This document shows, in pieces, positions 63,419-64,000 of a DNA stretch of 64,000 nt (within the stretch, counting starts at the first letter, position 1; each line of letters starts with the position of its first letter). The notes beneath the pieces were generated by a model. It did no database searches, was not told the origin of the DNA, and was given only the letters and a program-made list of their open reading frames with translations. The stretch comes from Spirochaetota bacterium (GTDB taxonomy: Bacteria > Spirochaetota > Spirochaetia > Treponematales > UBA12059): positions 1-64,000 of the forward strand of contig JAHIWG010000166.1 in the NCBI GenBank assembly GCA_018816345.1. Reading direction: 5' to 3'. A program made the position numbers and the translations under genes.

Positions 63419-64000
63419 ATGAGATTCAGGACCCCGAGACTAGAGATATACCCCGCCCGCATCGCCGCAAACGCGCGCTCCCTCATGAGCTACTGCAGTG
63501 ACGCGGGCGTGCAGGTCGCCTTCGTGACCAAGGTCGTATGCGCTCACCGGAGCGTGGCGCGGGCCTTATATTCGGCCGGGCCCGACATGCTGGCCGATAG
63601 CCGCATCGCTAACCTACGCTCGATAGGCGAGGCCGGTATCGCGCTTCCGCGGCTCCTCCTCAGGCTTCCGTCGCGCTCGGAGATCGAGGACGTCGTCCGC
63701 GACGCCGAGATAAGCCTCAACTCGAGCCTCGCGACGCTCAAGTCGCTGTCGGAGGCGGCGCTGGCCCGTAAGGTAAAGCACCAGGTCATCGTCATGGTCG
63801 ACGTCGGGGACCTCCGCGAGGGCGTCTGGCCCGACGAGGCGCCTGCCCTCGTGATGGCGGCGGCCGGGCTCAAGGGTATCGAGATAATAGGCATGGGCTG
63901 CAACCTGGCGTGCTACGGCGGCGTCGTGCCTAGCGAGGCGAATATGCGGACCCTCGTCGAGGTGCGCGACCTATGCAGGCGGAAGAGCGGGCTCGAGCTC
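63419..64000 (+). CDS. orr: Alanine-racemase-fold PLP enzyme, putative ornithine racemase (partial, runs off 3' edge)
   Basis: AAAGGAG RBS then ATG at 63419. Frame open to window end (194 aa). FVTKVVCAH (PLP-Lys region) and TIM-barrel pattern. Not in ORF track because no stop in window. Confidence 0.5.
   Translation, partial: MRFRTPRLEIYPARIAANARSLMSYCSDAGVQVAFVTKVVCAHRSVARALYSAGPDMLADSRIANLRSIGEAGIALPRLLLRLPSRSEIEDVVRDAEISLNSSLATLKSLSEAALARKVKHQVIVMVDVGDLREGVWPDEAPALVMAAAGLKGIEIIGMGCNLACYGGVVPSEANMRTLVEVRDLCRRKSGLEL

Overview
This 64-kb window is chromosomal DNA from a high-GC bacterium (roughly two-thirds G+C, judged by eye), densely coded on both strands with about 70 genes. I saw no rRNA, tRNA, CRISPR array, transposase or integrase. 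Gene content (secreted envelope proteins, LolA-like/FtsX ABC export, abundant c-di-GMP/cAMP signalling, Stickland ornithine fermentation) suggests an anaerobic diderm amino-acid fermenter; lineage is not determinable here.

Housekeeping genes are ptsI (no adjacent HPr gene), der, an M18 aminopeptidase, ileS, msrA, an acyl-CoA ligase, dus, the rpsP-KH-rimM-trmD-rplS block, serS, prfA-prmC and a long RelA/SpoT homologue.

Envelope and secreted proteins include a PEGA-domain protein that runs off the 5' edge, a family-3 glycosidase, a vWA protein with an EP-repeat linker, a LysM-M23 peptidase, two LysM/lipoprotein genes, a beta-helix lipoprotein and a FecR-domain trio.

Signalling genes are a CHASE2 class-III nucleotidyl cyclase, an HD-GYP protein, a REC-PP2C phosphatase, two HisKA_2-type PAS kinases (one with a periplasmic solute-binding domain) and a GGDEF-hemerythrin cyclase.

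Accessory-looking regions are:
- a 7-gene operon (YtrA-like GntR, SPFH, ABC ATPase, two FtsX permeases, LolA-like, beta-barrel-like) with a perfect palindromic operator;
- a clearly low-GC islet carrying a WYL regulator divergent from an isochorismatase-family hydrolase, followed by a (GGGCCGGGG)n tract;
- a complete oxidative ornithine-fermentation cluster (ord-ortA-ortB-oraS-oraE-reactivase-orr) behind a textbook sigma-54 -24/-12 promoter, with a PAS sigma-54 activator immediately upstream.

Many long antisense ORFs in the six-frame track are high-GC artefacts.
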